This document shows, piece after piece, positions 49,819 through 58,960 of a stretch of DNA of 64,000 bases. The notes beneath the pieces were generated by a model, which saw only the letters and a program-made list of their open reading frames with translations, ran no database searches and was not told the DNA's origin. Every line of letters begins with the position of its first letter. The stretch's first letter is position 1. Source of the stretch: an uncultured Actinomycetes bacterium (lineage in GTDB: Bacteria; Actinomycetota; UBA4738; JBBDTT01); contig CAVUMN010000003.1 of NCBI GenBank assembly GCA_963742735.1, forward strand, positions 576,001-640,000, in the 5' to 3' direction. Made by a program: the position numbers and the translations under genes.

Positions 49819-51099
49819 TTGGGCGCTCCAGAGACGATCCGCAAGACGGCCTACGACTCGGGCCTTCGCGTCGTCACCGAGACGATGCCGGAGGCCCGGT
49901 CGGTGGCCCTCGGGTTCTGGGTCGCGGCCGGGTCGCGCGACGAGGCGCCCCGCATCGCGGGGTCCTCGCACTTCCTGGAGCACCTGCTGTTCAAGGGAAC
50001 CCGGACCCGAACGGCGCGGGACATCGCCGAGGCCTTCGACGCGATCGGCGGCGACCTCAACGCGTTCAGCGCCAAGGAGTACACGTGCTACTACGCGCGC
50101 GTGCTGGAGCCGGACGTCCCGATGGCGGTCGAGTTCCTCTCGGACATGCTCACCGACTCGGTGATCACCCGTGCGGACCTCGACGCCGAGCGCCAGGTGA
50201 TCCTCGAGGAGATCAACATGCACGAGGACACCCCCGACGACCTGATCCACGACGTGTTCACCGAGGCGCTGTGGCCGGGGCACCCGCTCGGGCGTCCGGT
50301 CCTGGGGACGTCCGAGACGATCCGCGGCGCGACCCCGGAGCAGGTTCGCCGCTTCTACCGCAAGCACTATGTGCCCGGCAACGTGGTCGTGGCGGCCGCC
50401 GGGAACCTGGACCACGACCGGGTCCTCCAGCTCATCGAGGCGGGGATGGACACCGGCTCGCGCGTGGCCGAGTCCAAGGCCCCCGCGCTTCGCGAGAAGG
50501 GCCGCTCGCCGCGGCCGGTGGCCTCGGTCACCGTCCGCAGGCGAAAGACCGAGCAGGCCCACATCATGATCGGCACGAACGGCCTGGCCCGAGACGATCC
50601 ACGTCGCTTCGCGTTCGGCGTCACGAACACCGCCCTCGGCGGCGGCATGTCCTCCCGGCTGTTCCAGGAGATCCGGGAGAAGCGCGGCCTGGTGTACTCG
50701 GTGTACTCCTACCACTCGATGTACACGGAGGGCGGGGTGTTCTCGGTCTACGCGGGGACGAGCCCGGGACGGGCCCAGGAGGTCCTCGGCCTGATCCGCC
50801 GCGAGGTCGAGGACGTCGCCGAGCACGGCGTCTCGAGCGAGGAGCTCGAGCGCGCGAAGGGCCACATGAAGGGCTCGATGGTGCTGTCGCAGGAGGACAC
50901 GAACGGCCGCATGTCCCGGCTCGGCAAGTCCGAGATCGGGCACGGCGAGATCCTGTCCCTGGACGAGCTGGTCGAGCGGATCGACGCCGTGACGGCGGAG
51001 GACGTGGCGACCGTGTCGCACGACGTGCTGTCGGCGCCGACGGCGCTGGCGGTGATCGGGCCGTTCGCGGCCCGGGACTTCGGGGACGCCGCGGCGTGA
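49819..51099 (+). CDS. M16 family zinc peptidase
   Basis: HFLEHLLFKGT (HxxEH), NAFSAKEYTCYY and GGGMSSRLFQEIREKRGL; TTG start inferred. Confidence 0.93.
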   Translation: MGAPETIRKTAYDSGLRVVTETMPEARSVALGFWVAAGSRDEAPRIAGSSHFLEHLLFKGTRTRTARDIAEAFDAIGGDLNAFSAKEYTCYYARVLEPDVPMAVEFLSDMLTDSVITRADLDAERQVILEEINMHEDTPDDLIHDVFTEALWPGHPLGRPVLGTSETIRGATPEQVRRFYRKHYVPGNVVVAAAGNLDHDRVLQLIEAGMDTGSRVAESKAPALREKGRSPRPVASVTVRRRKTEQAHIMIGTNGLARDDPRRFAFGVTNTALGGGMSSRLFQEIREKRGLVYSVYSYHSMYTEGGVFSVYAGTSPGRAQEVLGLIRREVEDVAEHGVSSEELERAKGHMKGSMVLSQEDTNGRMSRLGKSEIGHGEILSLDELVERIDAVTAEDVATVSHDVLSAPTALAVIGPFAARDFGDAAA

Positions 51100-51887
51100 T
51101 CCGCGTCGGCGTCCTCGGGGCGACGGGCCGGATGGGCCGTCAGGTCTGCCAGGCGCTCGCCGAGGACCCCGAGCTGGCCCTCGCCGCCGCGATCAGCCCG
51201 TCGCGGGTGGGGGAGTCGATCGGGACGATCATCGGCCATCCCGAGGTCGACATCCGGGTCTCCGACCTGCTCGACACGGCCCTGCAGGCCGACACGGACG
51301 TCCTCGTGGACTTCACCAGACCTGACGCGGTCATGGAGAACGTCCGGTGGGCGATCGAGCACGCCATCCACCTGGTGGTGGGGACCAGCGGCATCGGGCC
51401 CGAGGAGCTCGAGGAGATCCGCCAGCTGCTCGAGGAGGACGGCGCGCACGTGGTGGTCGTTCCGAACTTCGCCATCGGCGCGGTCCTCGCCCAGCGGTTC
51501 TCCGAGCAGGCGGCGCGGTTCTTCCCGGCGGCCGAGGTCATCGAGCTGCACCACGAGGGCAAGGCCGACGCGCCGTCGGGCACGGCGCTCACGACCGCCC
51601 GGCGGATCGCGGCGGCCCGTGGGTCGGCGTGGACCGGGCCCGGCACGGAATCCGTTCCCGGCGTCCGGGGCGGCGACGTCGACGGGGTGCGGGTGCACTC
51701 GGTCCGGCTGCCCGGCCTGGTCGCGCACCAGGAGGTGGTCTTCGGCGGGACGGGAGAGACCCTCACCATCCGCCACGACTCCCACGACCGCTCCTCGTTC
51801 ATGCCCGGCCTGCGCCTCGCGGTCAAGGCCGTGATCTCTCGTCCGGGCCTGACCGTCGGCCTCGAACCCCTGCTCGAGCTGGAGTGA
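51096..51887 (+). CDS. dapB: 4-hydroxy-tetrahydrodipicolinate reductase
   Basis: GATGRMG, VDFT, PNFAIG, ELHHEGKADAPSGTA and HSVRLPGLVAHQEV. Confidence 0.97.
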   Translation: MIRVGVLGATGRMGRQVCQALAEDPELALAAAISPSRVGESIGTIIGHPEVDIRVSDLLDTALQADTDVLVDFTRPDAVMENVRWAIEHAIHLVVGTSGIGPEELEEIRQLLEEDGAHVVVVPNFAIGAVLAQRFSEQAARFFPAAEVIELHHEGKADAPSGTALTTARRIAAARGSAWTGPGTESVPGVRGGDVDGVRVHSVRLPGLVAHQEVVFGGTGETLTIRHDSHDRSSFMPGLRLAVKAVISRPGLTVGLEPLLELE

Positions 51888-52672
51888 CCTCCCGGGGCAC
51901 GCCGCGGCTCGTGGCGGTGTTCGCGCACCCCGACGACGACACGTTCAACCTGGCGGGCTCGCTGATCCGCCGCGGCGCGGAGGCGCTCGACTACACGGTG
52001 GTGGTGGCGACGAGCGGCGAGGCCGGGATGATCTTCGAAGCGTCGCTGGCCAGCCGGGAGGACCTCGGCGAGGTCCGCGAGGCGGAGCAGCTCGGCGCGC
52101 TCGCGGTGGCCGGGTTCGCCGGCGCCGACGTGCGCTTCCTCCGCCACCCCGACGGGGCCCTGGCCGCGGTGGACCGGCCCGGGCTGGTGGAGCAGATCGC
52201 CGCCGTCCTTCGTGAGGTCCGGCCGGAGGTCGTGGTGACGTTCGGCCCCGAGGGGATGACCGGTCACGAGGACCACATCGCCATCGGCGAGGCGACGACC
52301 GAGGCCTTTCACCGGGTCCGGCAGGAGACGCCCGGCGCGCCGCGTCGCCTGTGCTACACGGCGCTGCCCGCGAGCGTGATCGAGGGATACCGGGAGTACC
52401 GGCGATCGATCGGGGAGGATCCCCGCCCACCGGACGCGCCGTTCGCGCCCCGGGGTGTCCCCGACGAGACGCTGGGGATCACCGCGGACTGCACCGCCGT
52501 GGTGGAGCGGAAGATCGCCGCGCTCCGCGAGCACCGGACGCAGGCCGAGGAGCTGCAGTCGATGCCCGAGGAGATCCTTCCGGCCGCCTTCGGCATCGAG
52601 TCGTTCGTCATCGCCTGGCCCGAGCGCGAGCCGGGACCCGACCGGCTCGGGGATCTGTTCGAGGGACTGTGA
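51884..52672 (+). CDS. PIG-L/MshB-like N-acetylglucosaminyl deacetylase
   Basis: AHPDDD, ATSGEAG, GHEDH and KIAALREHRTQ. Confidence 0.88.
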   Translation: MTSRGTPRLVAVFAHPDDDTFNLAGSLIRRGAEALDYTVVVATSGEAGMIFEASLASREDLGEVREAEQLGALAVAGFAGADVRFLRHPDGALAAVDRPGLVEQIAAVLREVRPEVVVTFGPEGMTGHEDHIAIGEATTEAFHRVRQETPGAPRRLCYTALPASVIEGYREYRRSIGEDPRPPDAPFAPRGVPDETLGITADCTAVVERKIAALREHRTQAEELQSMPEEILPAAFGIESFVIAWPEREPGPDRLGDLFEGL

Positions 52673-53349
52673 CCCGGTTCGACGCGGTCGCCTTCGACCT
52701 GTTCGGGACGCTCATCGACGAGTGGACGGTGGAGCAGTGGCGGGAGTGCCTGGACGGAATGGCCGGCGCGCTCGGCATGCCCGAGGAGGACTTCGGCGAC
52801 GCGTGGCGGGCGACCGCGGAGCCGCGGCTGACCGGCGGGTACGGCTCGATCCGCGAGAACCTCCAGGTCATCCACCCGGACACGGCCGCGGCCGCCCTGG
52901 ACGAGGCCGTGGCCCGGCGGCAGGCGGTGATGGCCGCGATGGTCCGGCCCCGTCCGGACGTGGAGGCCACTCTCTGGCAGCTGCGGGAGCGGGGCCTGCG
53001 GACCGCGCTCGTGTCGATGTGCTCGCCCGAGGTCCCCGGGCTGTGGAGGGCGCTGCCGGCGGCCGGGCTCATCGACGTGGAGGTGTTCTCGTCGGAGGAC
53101 GGCCTGCGCAAGCCCGACCCCGCGATCTACGCGCTGGCCGCCCAACGGCTCGGCGTTCCCGCGGAGCGCGTCCTCTACGTGGGCGACGGCTCCTTCGGTG
53201 AGCTGACCGGCGCCGTCGCGGCGGGCATGACCGCGGTCCGCATCCGCGCGGCCCACGAGGCCGAGCTCGTGATCCAGCGCGCGGAGGAGGACGTCGACTG
53301 GTCCGGGCCGTCCGTGGCCACCATCGAGGAGGTCCTCACCCACCTGTGA
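52669..53349 (+). CDS. HAD-superfamily hydrolase
   Basis: FDLFGTLID, RKPDPAIY, YVGDG..GELTGA. Confidence 0.9.
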   Translation: MTRFDAVAFDLFGTLIDEWTVEQWRECLDGMAGALGMPEEDFGDAWRATAEPRLTGGYGSIRENLQVIHPDTAAAALDEAVARRQAVMAAMVRPRPDVEATLWQLRERGLRTALVSMCSPEVPGLWRALPAAGLIDVEVFSSEDGLRKPDPAIYALAAQRLGVPAERVLYVGDGSFGELTGAVAAGMTAVRIRAAHEAELVIQRAEEDVDWSGPSVATIEEVLTHL

Positions 53350-53399
53350 CGGCGGTTGGGGGTTCGTCGGGAAAGTGTGTCCCAGGTCAGTGACGTGGA

Positions 53400-53822
53400 A
53401 TGGCCGGTTCGGCGATGATGCCCCTTGTACGTCACCGCCCGTTCGCCCAGGAGACCAGGCCCGTGCCGCCGCCCCGTTCCGACGATCCCCAGAGGAACCT
53501 CTCGTTCCTCGACACGTGCAGCCCCGAGGCGGTACGCCTGCTCGCCATGCTCGGTGAGGAGGTCCGGCCGCAGGCGGGGGAGGACCTCACCGGCTACGTG
53601 GGCGGCGACCAGGAGATGGTGTTCGTGGTGCTGGCGGGCAGCGCGCGCGTCGAGCGGCGCGGACGCGCGGCGAAGCGCGTCGGCCGGGGGGACCTGCTCT
53701 GGGTCGGGGCGAAGGCCGGCGTGACGATCGCGGAGGAGCCCATGCGCCTGTTGCAGCTGGAGCTGTCCGCGTTCGAGCGGATCCTGGACCACGCACGGGA
53801 GCCGGCGAAGGGGATCCTCTAG
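53400..53822 (+). CDS. Small cNMP-binding/cupin-like domain protein, degenerate (start uncertain, 53400-53418)
   Basis: LSFLDTCSPEAVRLL...AGEDL...VFVVLAGSARV...GRGDL...IAEEPMRLLQL..SAFERIL follows the cNMP-domain pattern but lacks the GE..R cassette. Confidence 0.6.
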   Translation: MAGSAMMPLVRHRPFAQETRPVPPPRSDDPQRNLSFLDTCSPEAVRLLAMLGEEVRPQAGEDLTGYVGGDQEMVFVVLAGSARVERRGRAAKRVGRGDLLWVGAKAGVTIAEEPMRLLQLELSAFERILDHAREPAKGIL

Positions 53823-54460
53823 CCGGACTCCCAGTCGACGGTCAGGCGGGTGTGATCCTCCGGGTCGACCAGGACGGGCACGGTGAGGTTGGCGCCCACC
53901 GTGATCAGCTGGTCGTTCGGGACCAGCGAGAGGTTCCGGACCGTGTAGGGGTCCTTGCCCTCCATACGAACGGTCAGCGTGAGCTCGACCAGGGTGTGCT
54001 CTCCGAGCTCGGTGCCGAGGTTCCGTGCCGTCTTGATCAGGGCCATCCCCTCGAGACCCCGGTTCCACAGGTCGTCCTCGTTCGTCTTGATGTGATCCGC
54101 CTCGATGTGGGCGGTGAAGATCCGGGTCTTCGTCTCGATGGGGGTGGGGGCGGCCTCCAGCTTCACGCCGAGCTCGCCGAGGGCCTCGCGAACCTCCTCC
54201 GGCGGCGCTCCGGCGCCGGACCACGCGACGCGCGCGTCGACGCCGGGGGAGATCCTCGCCGGCTTGGGGGCGAGGTCGAAGGACCGGACCTGATAGGCCG
54301 ACCCGTGACTGAACGCGGTGAGGATCCCGATCACGACCACGGCCACGCCGGCGATCCCGAGGGCGATTCCGCCCTCGATGTTGAAGCCGGTCCAGGCCGC
54401 GCCCAGCCCCATCAGGATCAGGGAGCCCGCCAGGGGCAGCCGGTCGCGGTTCGCCGTCAT
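53819..54460 (-). CDS. Hypothetical protein with 2 N-terminal TM helices
   Basis: ATGA coupling with the upstream hydrolase; natural composition; C-terminal beta-rich domain ending VPVLVDPEDH. Confidence 0.75.
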   Translation of the reverse strand: MTANRDRLPLAGSLILMGLGAAWTGFNIEGGIALGIAGVAVVVIGILTAFSHGSAYQVRSFDLAPKPARISPGVDARVAWSGAGAPPEEVREALGELGVKLEAAPTPIETKTRIFTAHIEADHIKTNEDDLWNRGLEGMALIKTARNLGTELGEHTLVELTLTVRMEGKDPYTVRNLSLVPNDQLITVGANLTVPVLVDPEDHTRLTVDWESG

Positions 54461-55242
54461 CGGGCCGCCAGGAAGGACGCCACGCGCGGGACGAGGTTCG
54501 GGATGTCCAGGAACATCGACGCGGCATCAGGGTAGGCGATCAGCTCGGCGTTCGGGAGGAGATCCGCCATGATCTCCGCCACCTTCAGGGCGTGGACCTT
54601 GTCCCCGTCGCGCGCGATCAGCAGCGCCGGCGCGTCCATCGTGCGAAGGATCGCCCGGTCCTGCACCGGCCAGTCCAGGGTGACCTCCCGGATCGCCCGC
54701 GGGACTCCGACCGGGTTGACCTTCTGGAAGTTCGCGCGGTCGTAGGCCTCGAGCCACGGCGCGGTGAGATAGGCGGCCCTGCGCTCGTCGGCGGCCAGGA
54801 TGGCCTCGATCGCCTGGTCGAGGGGCAGCGACTCCAGGGCGTCGGCCATCGGCAGGTAGCGCTCGCGGTGCCGGAAAGGCCCGTCCAGGCCGGCCGGCAA
54901 CAGGAAGACGACCCGGTCGAAGCGGTCCGGCTCGTCGGCCATCAGGTGCAGCATCGTCCCGGCTCCGAGCGACGTGCCGACGGCCCGGGTCGCCCCGTGC
55001 GCGTCGGCTACCGCGCGCAGGTCGCGGGCGAAATCGGCGAACCGATAGCTGCCCTCGGGCGGCGAGTCGCTGCGTCCGTGGCCGCGGAAGTCGAACCGGA
55101 CCTTGGTCCCCGAGAGGCTGGGGGTGAACAGCGCCAGCTCGTCGGCGTTGTTCGTCAACCCGTGGGCGAAGACCGTGACCGGCTCGCCCTCGCCCTCGAC
55201 CTCGACGTTGAGGGTGACGTCCTGCGTCCACAGCTCAGCCAT
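54457..55242 (-). CDS. Alpha/beta-fold hydrolase
   Basis: FAHGL, FDFRGHGRS and nucleophile elbow GTSLG. Confidence 0.88.
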   Translation of the reverse strand: MAELWTQDVTLNVEVEGEGEPVTVFAHGLTNNADELALFTPSLSGTKVRFDFRGHGRSDSPPEGSYRFADFARDLRAVADAHGATRAVGTSLGAGTMLHLMADEPDRFDRVVFLLPAGLDGPFRHRERYLPMADALESLPLDQAIEAILAADERRAAYLTAPWLEAYDRANFQKVNPVGVPRAIREVTLDWPVQDRAILRTMDAPALLIARDGDKVHALKVAEIMADLLPNAELIAYPDAASMFLDIPNLVPRVASFLAAR

Positions 55243-55684
55243 CGAGGCGGAGCTCGCTCTCGACGCGGTGGTCGCCGTCCTCCTCGACGACGACGACGCC
55301 CTCGCACTCCTTCAGCGGCTTGATCTTCGTGCCGGTGAGGCCCTCGACGGCGCGCTCGATCAGCGGGGTGTGCCCCACGGCCAGACCGCGGCCCCCGTCG
55401 GGCAGCAGGCGGAACATCTCCCGGACGACCTCGAGCAGCTCGCCGGGGGTCTCGGGGTTCTGGAAGGGCTCGAAGATCGCGTGGTTCTGGGGGAGCTTCT
55501 GGCCCAGGGCTCGCAGGAACCAGGCGGCGGTCTCGGCGGCCCGTTTCGCCGAGGAGACGAACAGGGCGTCGTACCGGCCGCCCAGGGTCCGTCCGACGTC
55601 CTCCGCCTGGGTCTTGCCCTCCTTGGTCAGCTGGTCGGCCGTGGCGTGACGGATCGCGTGCCGGCGGAGCTCCAGGACCTTCAC
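55235..55684 (-). CDS. Short histidine phosphatase superfamily protein (SixA-like)
   Basis: LRRHA, LTKEGKTQA, SSAKRAAETA and VGH. Confidence 0.8.
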   Translation of the reverse strand: MKVLELRRHAIRHATADQLTKEGKTQAEDVGRTLGGRYDALFVSSAKRAAETAAWFLRALGQKLPQNHAIFEPFQNPETPGELLEVVREMFRLLPDGGRGLAVGHTPLIERAVEGLTGTKIKPLKECEGVVVVEEDGDHRVESELRLDG

Positions 55685-55998
55685 TTCACCGTGTGGGTCT
55701 CGACGTAGAGGAGGCCGAACGCGCTCGTGAAGTTCGGCAGGTCGTCGTTCCCGCGGGCGCCGGCCTCGGAGCGCATGTCGGCGACGAAGCCGTCGCGGTC
55801 GTCCCAGGTCATCTCCGCGGTGCCGTCGAACCGTGGCTCGGTTCCGCCGGGCGCGCCGGTCACGATGCGTACGTGATAGCTGCGGAGGTTCTCGTAGCCG
55901 TCCCGCGCGATCGGCGCGTGCGTGTTCAGCCAGTAGTCACGGAACTCGTCGAGCGACATGCCGTCCTTCTTCTTCAGCCAGATCTGGGTCACGAACAC
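55681..55998 (-). CDS. EthD-like dimeric alpha/beta barrel protein
   Basis: GGAGG SD before GTG 55998; LKKKDGMSLDEFRDYWLNTHAP...FDGTAEMTWD...DLPNF. This is the C-terminal part of ORF 55681..57066. Confidence 0.88.
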   Translation of the reverse strand: MFVTQIWLKKKDGMSLDEFRDYWLNTHAPIARDGYENLRSYHVRIVTGAPGGTEPRFDGTAEMTWDDRDGFVADMRSEAGARGNDDLPNFTSAFGLLYVETHTVK

Positions 55999-56033
55999 GT
56001 TGCGCCCCCTCCGAGCCCGTCGTCCGGGCGATG

Positions 56034-57344
56034 CTACGCCGGGACGGCGCGCTTGAGCGTCTCCGGCGTGCGCACCGCGACGATCAGGGCCAGCGCGATC
56101 GGGATCGCTCCGAGCGCGAACGCGGCCCGGTAGCCGAGCTGGTTCGAGGCGACGCCCATCGCGAAGGGCGCAAGGACCATGCCGACGTCGCCGCAGAAGC
56201 GATACACGCCCACGGCGGTGCCCCGGCCCTCCTCGGGGGACACGTCGGACAGCATGGCCCCCGGCGGCACGCCCGCGAAGCCCGAGGCGATCCCGAAGAC
56301 GAACAGGACGGCGCCGAACACGACGACCGTGGTCGAGAACCCCGTGACGATCGTCATGATCGAGAGCGCGGCGAACGACGGGATCGTCACCGCCCTGCGA
56401 CCGTGCCGGTCGGCGAGGCTCCCGGCGGGGAACAGGACCATGAACTCGCCGACCAGGGTGACCGCGAACACGACGCCGATGGCCTGTTCGCTCATCCCCA
56501 GGTGCTCGGAGCCGAACAGGGGGATGAGGGTGTCGAGCGGTCCGGAGACCATCCACAGGTAGGCGAAGTTCAGCACGCACGCCGTCGCGAAGCCGGGGAT
56601 CCGCAGCAGGCGCCCGATGCGCGTCTTGGTCCGGCGCAGGACCGGCATGTCCCGCTCGGCCATGGCCTCCTCGCGGGTCAGGGCTGGCTCCTCGTCGGTG
56701 TTCACCCCCCGGCCGGGGTCCTTCACGTAGCGCAGGAACAGCAGGCCCGAGACGACGAGCAGGCCCGAGTACGCGTAGAGCGGCGCGCGGAGTCCGAACC
56801 AGTCGGCGATGAAGCCTCCCAGCGGCCCGCCGGCGATGACCGCGACGTTGAACGTCCCGAAGAAGACCGACAGCGACCGGGCCATCCGCTCCTTCGGAAC
56901 GATCTTCAACACGTAGGAGAACAGCGCCGCGAACAGCACGGCCGACCCCGCCCCGCCGAGGCTCCGCAGGACCACCGCCAGCACGAAGGTGGGGGCGACG
57001 GCCGTCAGGGTGGAAGACACCGCCACGACCAGCAGGCCGGCCGACGCGGAGGCTCGCTCGCCCCACCGGTCCACGATCGGCCCGGCGACCAGGTCGAACA
57101 GCAGGCGGGTCAGGGCGAAGGAGGAGATGAAGATCCCCGCGCCGGCGTCGGTGACCCCGAACGACTTCGCGAACAGCGGCAGGACCGGGACGATGATCCC
57201 GAACCCGAGCATGGTCACGAAGACCACGCCCATGATGGTCCGCAGGGCGGGCAGCGCGAGGATCTCGCGGATCCCGACCTTCTCGGGGGGCGCGCCCGTC
57301 ACGGGCGCGTTCGGCTGGGTGGCTCGGCCTGGCCCGCCTGCCAT
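56034..57344 (-). CDS. MFS transporter
   Basis: About 12 TM segments; LGFGIIVPVLP; motif-A-like GPIVDRWGER and GSLADRHGRR. Confidence 0.92.
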   Translation of the reverse strand: MAGGPGRATQPNAPVTGAPPEKVGIREILALPALRTIMGVVFVTMLGFGIIVPVLPLFAKSFGVTDAGAGIFISSFALTRLLFDLVAGPIVDRWGERASASAGLLVVAVSSTLTAVAPTFVLAVVLRSLGGAGSAVLFAALFSYVLKIVPKERMARSLSVFFGTFNVAVIAGGPLGGFIADWFGLRAPLYAYSGLLVVSGLLFLRYVKDPGRGVNTDEEPALTREEAMAERDMPVLRRTKTRIGRLLRIPGFATACVLNFAYLWMVSGPLDTLIPLFGSEHLGMSEQAIGVVFAVTLVGEFMVLFPAGSLADRHGRRAVTIPSFAALSIMTIVTGFSTTVVVFGAVLFVFGIASGFAGVPPGAMLSDVSPEEGRGTAVGVYRFCGDVGMVLAPFAMGVASNQLGYRAAFALGAIPIALALIVAVRTPETLKRAVPA

Positions 57345-57850
57345 CGGGCGAACACGAACAGCAGGTCGGACAGACGGTTCAGATAGCGAAGGGCCTCGGG
57401 GTTCACCTCGGTCCCGGCGTCGCGGAGCTCGACGGCGCGCCGCTCGGCGCGGCGCACGGTGGTCCGGGCCACGTCCAGTGCGGCCGAGGATCGGTTGGTG
57501 CCGGGGACCACGAACTCCTCGGGGAGGGGGTGCTCGGCCACGGTGTCGTCGATCAGGGCCTCGAGCCGTTCGACCATGTCGGCGGTGGCCAGCGAGACCC
57601 CCGGCTTGAGCTTCGCCCGCTCGGCCGGGTTGGTGGCCAGGTCGGCCCCGATCACGAACAGGTCGCGCTGGATCTGCAGGAGGGTGGCGTCGAACGCCGC
57701 GTTGTCGGTCTCGGCGCGGGCCAGGCCCAGCTCCGCCACGGCCTCGTCCACCGTGCCGTAGGTCTCGGCGACGCGGCCGCCCTTGCTGACGCGGCTGCCG
57801 TACAGCAGCCCGGTGGTCCCGTCGTCCCCGGTCTTCGTGTAGATCCGCAT
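57299..57850 (-). CDS. pduO: ATP:cob(I)alamin adenosyltransferase, PduO type
   Basis: MRIYTKTGDDGTTGL, YGTVDE, RRAER and YLNRLSDLLF. Confidence 0.93.
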   Translation of the reverse strand: MRIYTKTGDDGTTGLLYGSRVSKGGRVAETYGTVDEAVAELGLARAETDNAAFDATLLQIQRDLFVIGADLATNPAERAKLKPGVSLATADMVERLEALIDDTVAEHPLPEEFVVPGTNRSSAALDVARTTVRRAERRAVELRDAGTEVNPEALRYLNRLSDLLFVFARWQAGQAEPPSRTRP

Positions 57851-58023
57851 GGCCGCCTTAGGATACGGCCAAGCCGGCGACGGCCGGCCAGAGCACAGCT
57901 GCCCCAGGTTCAACATGTGCCCCATGTGACTGGTGAGCGCGGCTGAGTGTTACAGTGACGCCGAGTCCGCCCGGCCGAGCGTGGCCGCGGCGGGTCCCGG
58001 CGTCGCGCCGGAAGGAGGAGGCA

Positions 58024-58908
58024 ATGCCGGGAAGGTTCGGTTCGGTGATCACCGCGATGGCGACGCCCTTCGCGGAGGACGGCTCGCTCGACGTCGGCCG
58101 GGCCGGCGAGCTCGCCGCCTGGCTGGTCGAGCACGGCTCGGACGGCCTGGTGATCCACGGATCCACGGGTGAGGCCTCCACCATGGACGACGACGAGAAG
58201 TTCGAGCTGGTCCGGGCGGTCAAGGGGGCGGTGGGGGCCGGCACGCCCGTCATCGCCGGCACCGGCACGCCCGACACCCGGCACACCATCCACCTGGGGG
58301 AGCGGGCGAAGGAGGCGGGCGCCGACGCGCTGCTCGTCGTCACGCCGTACTACTCGAAGCCCTCCCAGCCTGGCCTGCTCGCGCACTTCCGCGCCGTGGC
58401 CGGGGGCACGGACCTCCCCGTGCTGCTCTACAACATCCCCAGCCGGACGGTCATCCGCATCGAGCACGACACGCTGCTGGAGCTCGCAACCGTCGAGAAC
58501 ATCGTCGGGGTCAAGGACGCCACCGGGGACGTGGACGGCGCCGCCCGGCTGGTGGCCGAGGCCCCCTCGGGCTTCGAGGTCTACGCGGGCGACGACTGGG
58601 GCGCGTTCGCGTGGGCGTGCGTCGGCGGGGTCGGGGTCATCTCGGTCGCGTCTCACGTCGCGGGGGAACGCCTCTCCCGGATGTTCGAGCTGATCTCCGC
58701 CGGTGACGTGCCCGCCGCCCTCAAGCTCCACCAGGAGCTGCTGCCCCTGTTCCCCGCGCTGTTCGTGACCAGCAACCCCACGCCGGTCAAGGCCGCCCTG
58801 GAGATGATCGGCCAGCCGGCCGGCGATCCACGGCTTCCGCTGATCCCGGCGACCGAGGAGGAGCGGGCGGTCGTCCGCCGAGCCATGGAGGCGGCCGGCG
58901 TCCTCTGA
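58024..58908 (+). CDS. dapA: 4-hydroxy-tetrahydrodipicolinate synthase
   Basis: TAMATPF, GSTGE, TPYY, YNIPSR, VKDA and NPTPVKAAL; strong AAGGAGG SD. Confidence 0.95.
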   Translation: MPGRFGSVITAMATPFAEDGSLDVGRAGELAAWLVEHGSDGLVIHGSTGEASTMDDDEKFELVRAVKGAVGAGTPVIAGTGTPDTRHTIHLGERAKEAGADALLVVTPYYSKPSQPGLLAHFRAVAGGTDLPVLLYNIPSRTVIRIEHDTLLELATVENIVGVKDATGDVDGAARLVAEAPSGFEVYAGDDWGAFAWACVGGVGVISVASHVAGERLSRMFELISAGDVPAALKLHQELLPLFPALFVTSNPTPVKAALEMIGQPAGDPRLPLIPATEEERAVVRRAMEAAGVL

Positions 58909-58960
58909 GGGGGGAGCACCCCAGGTCGCCGGCGCCGGAGGCGGGCCCGAGGCCCGCCTG

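Noticed and set aside
51884-53349. PIG-L deacetylase plus HAD as mycothiol genes (mshB/mca)
   Set aside because: Only family-level motifs (AHPDDD rather than AHPDDE), and no other msh genes are nearby, so specificity cannot be assigned.
57851-57950. Cobalamin riboswitch upstream of pduO
   Set aside because: No B12-box or GGGAA/GCCACTG core is visible, and pduO looks near-leaderless (TATCCT 9 nt before ATG).
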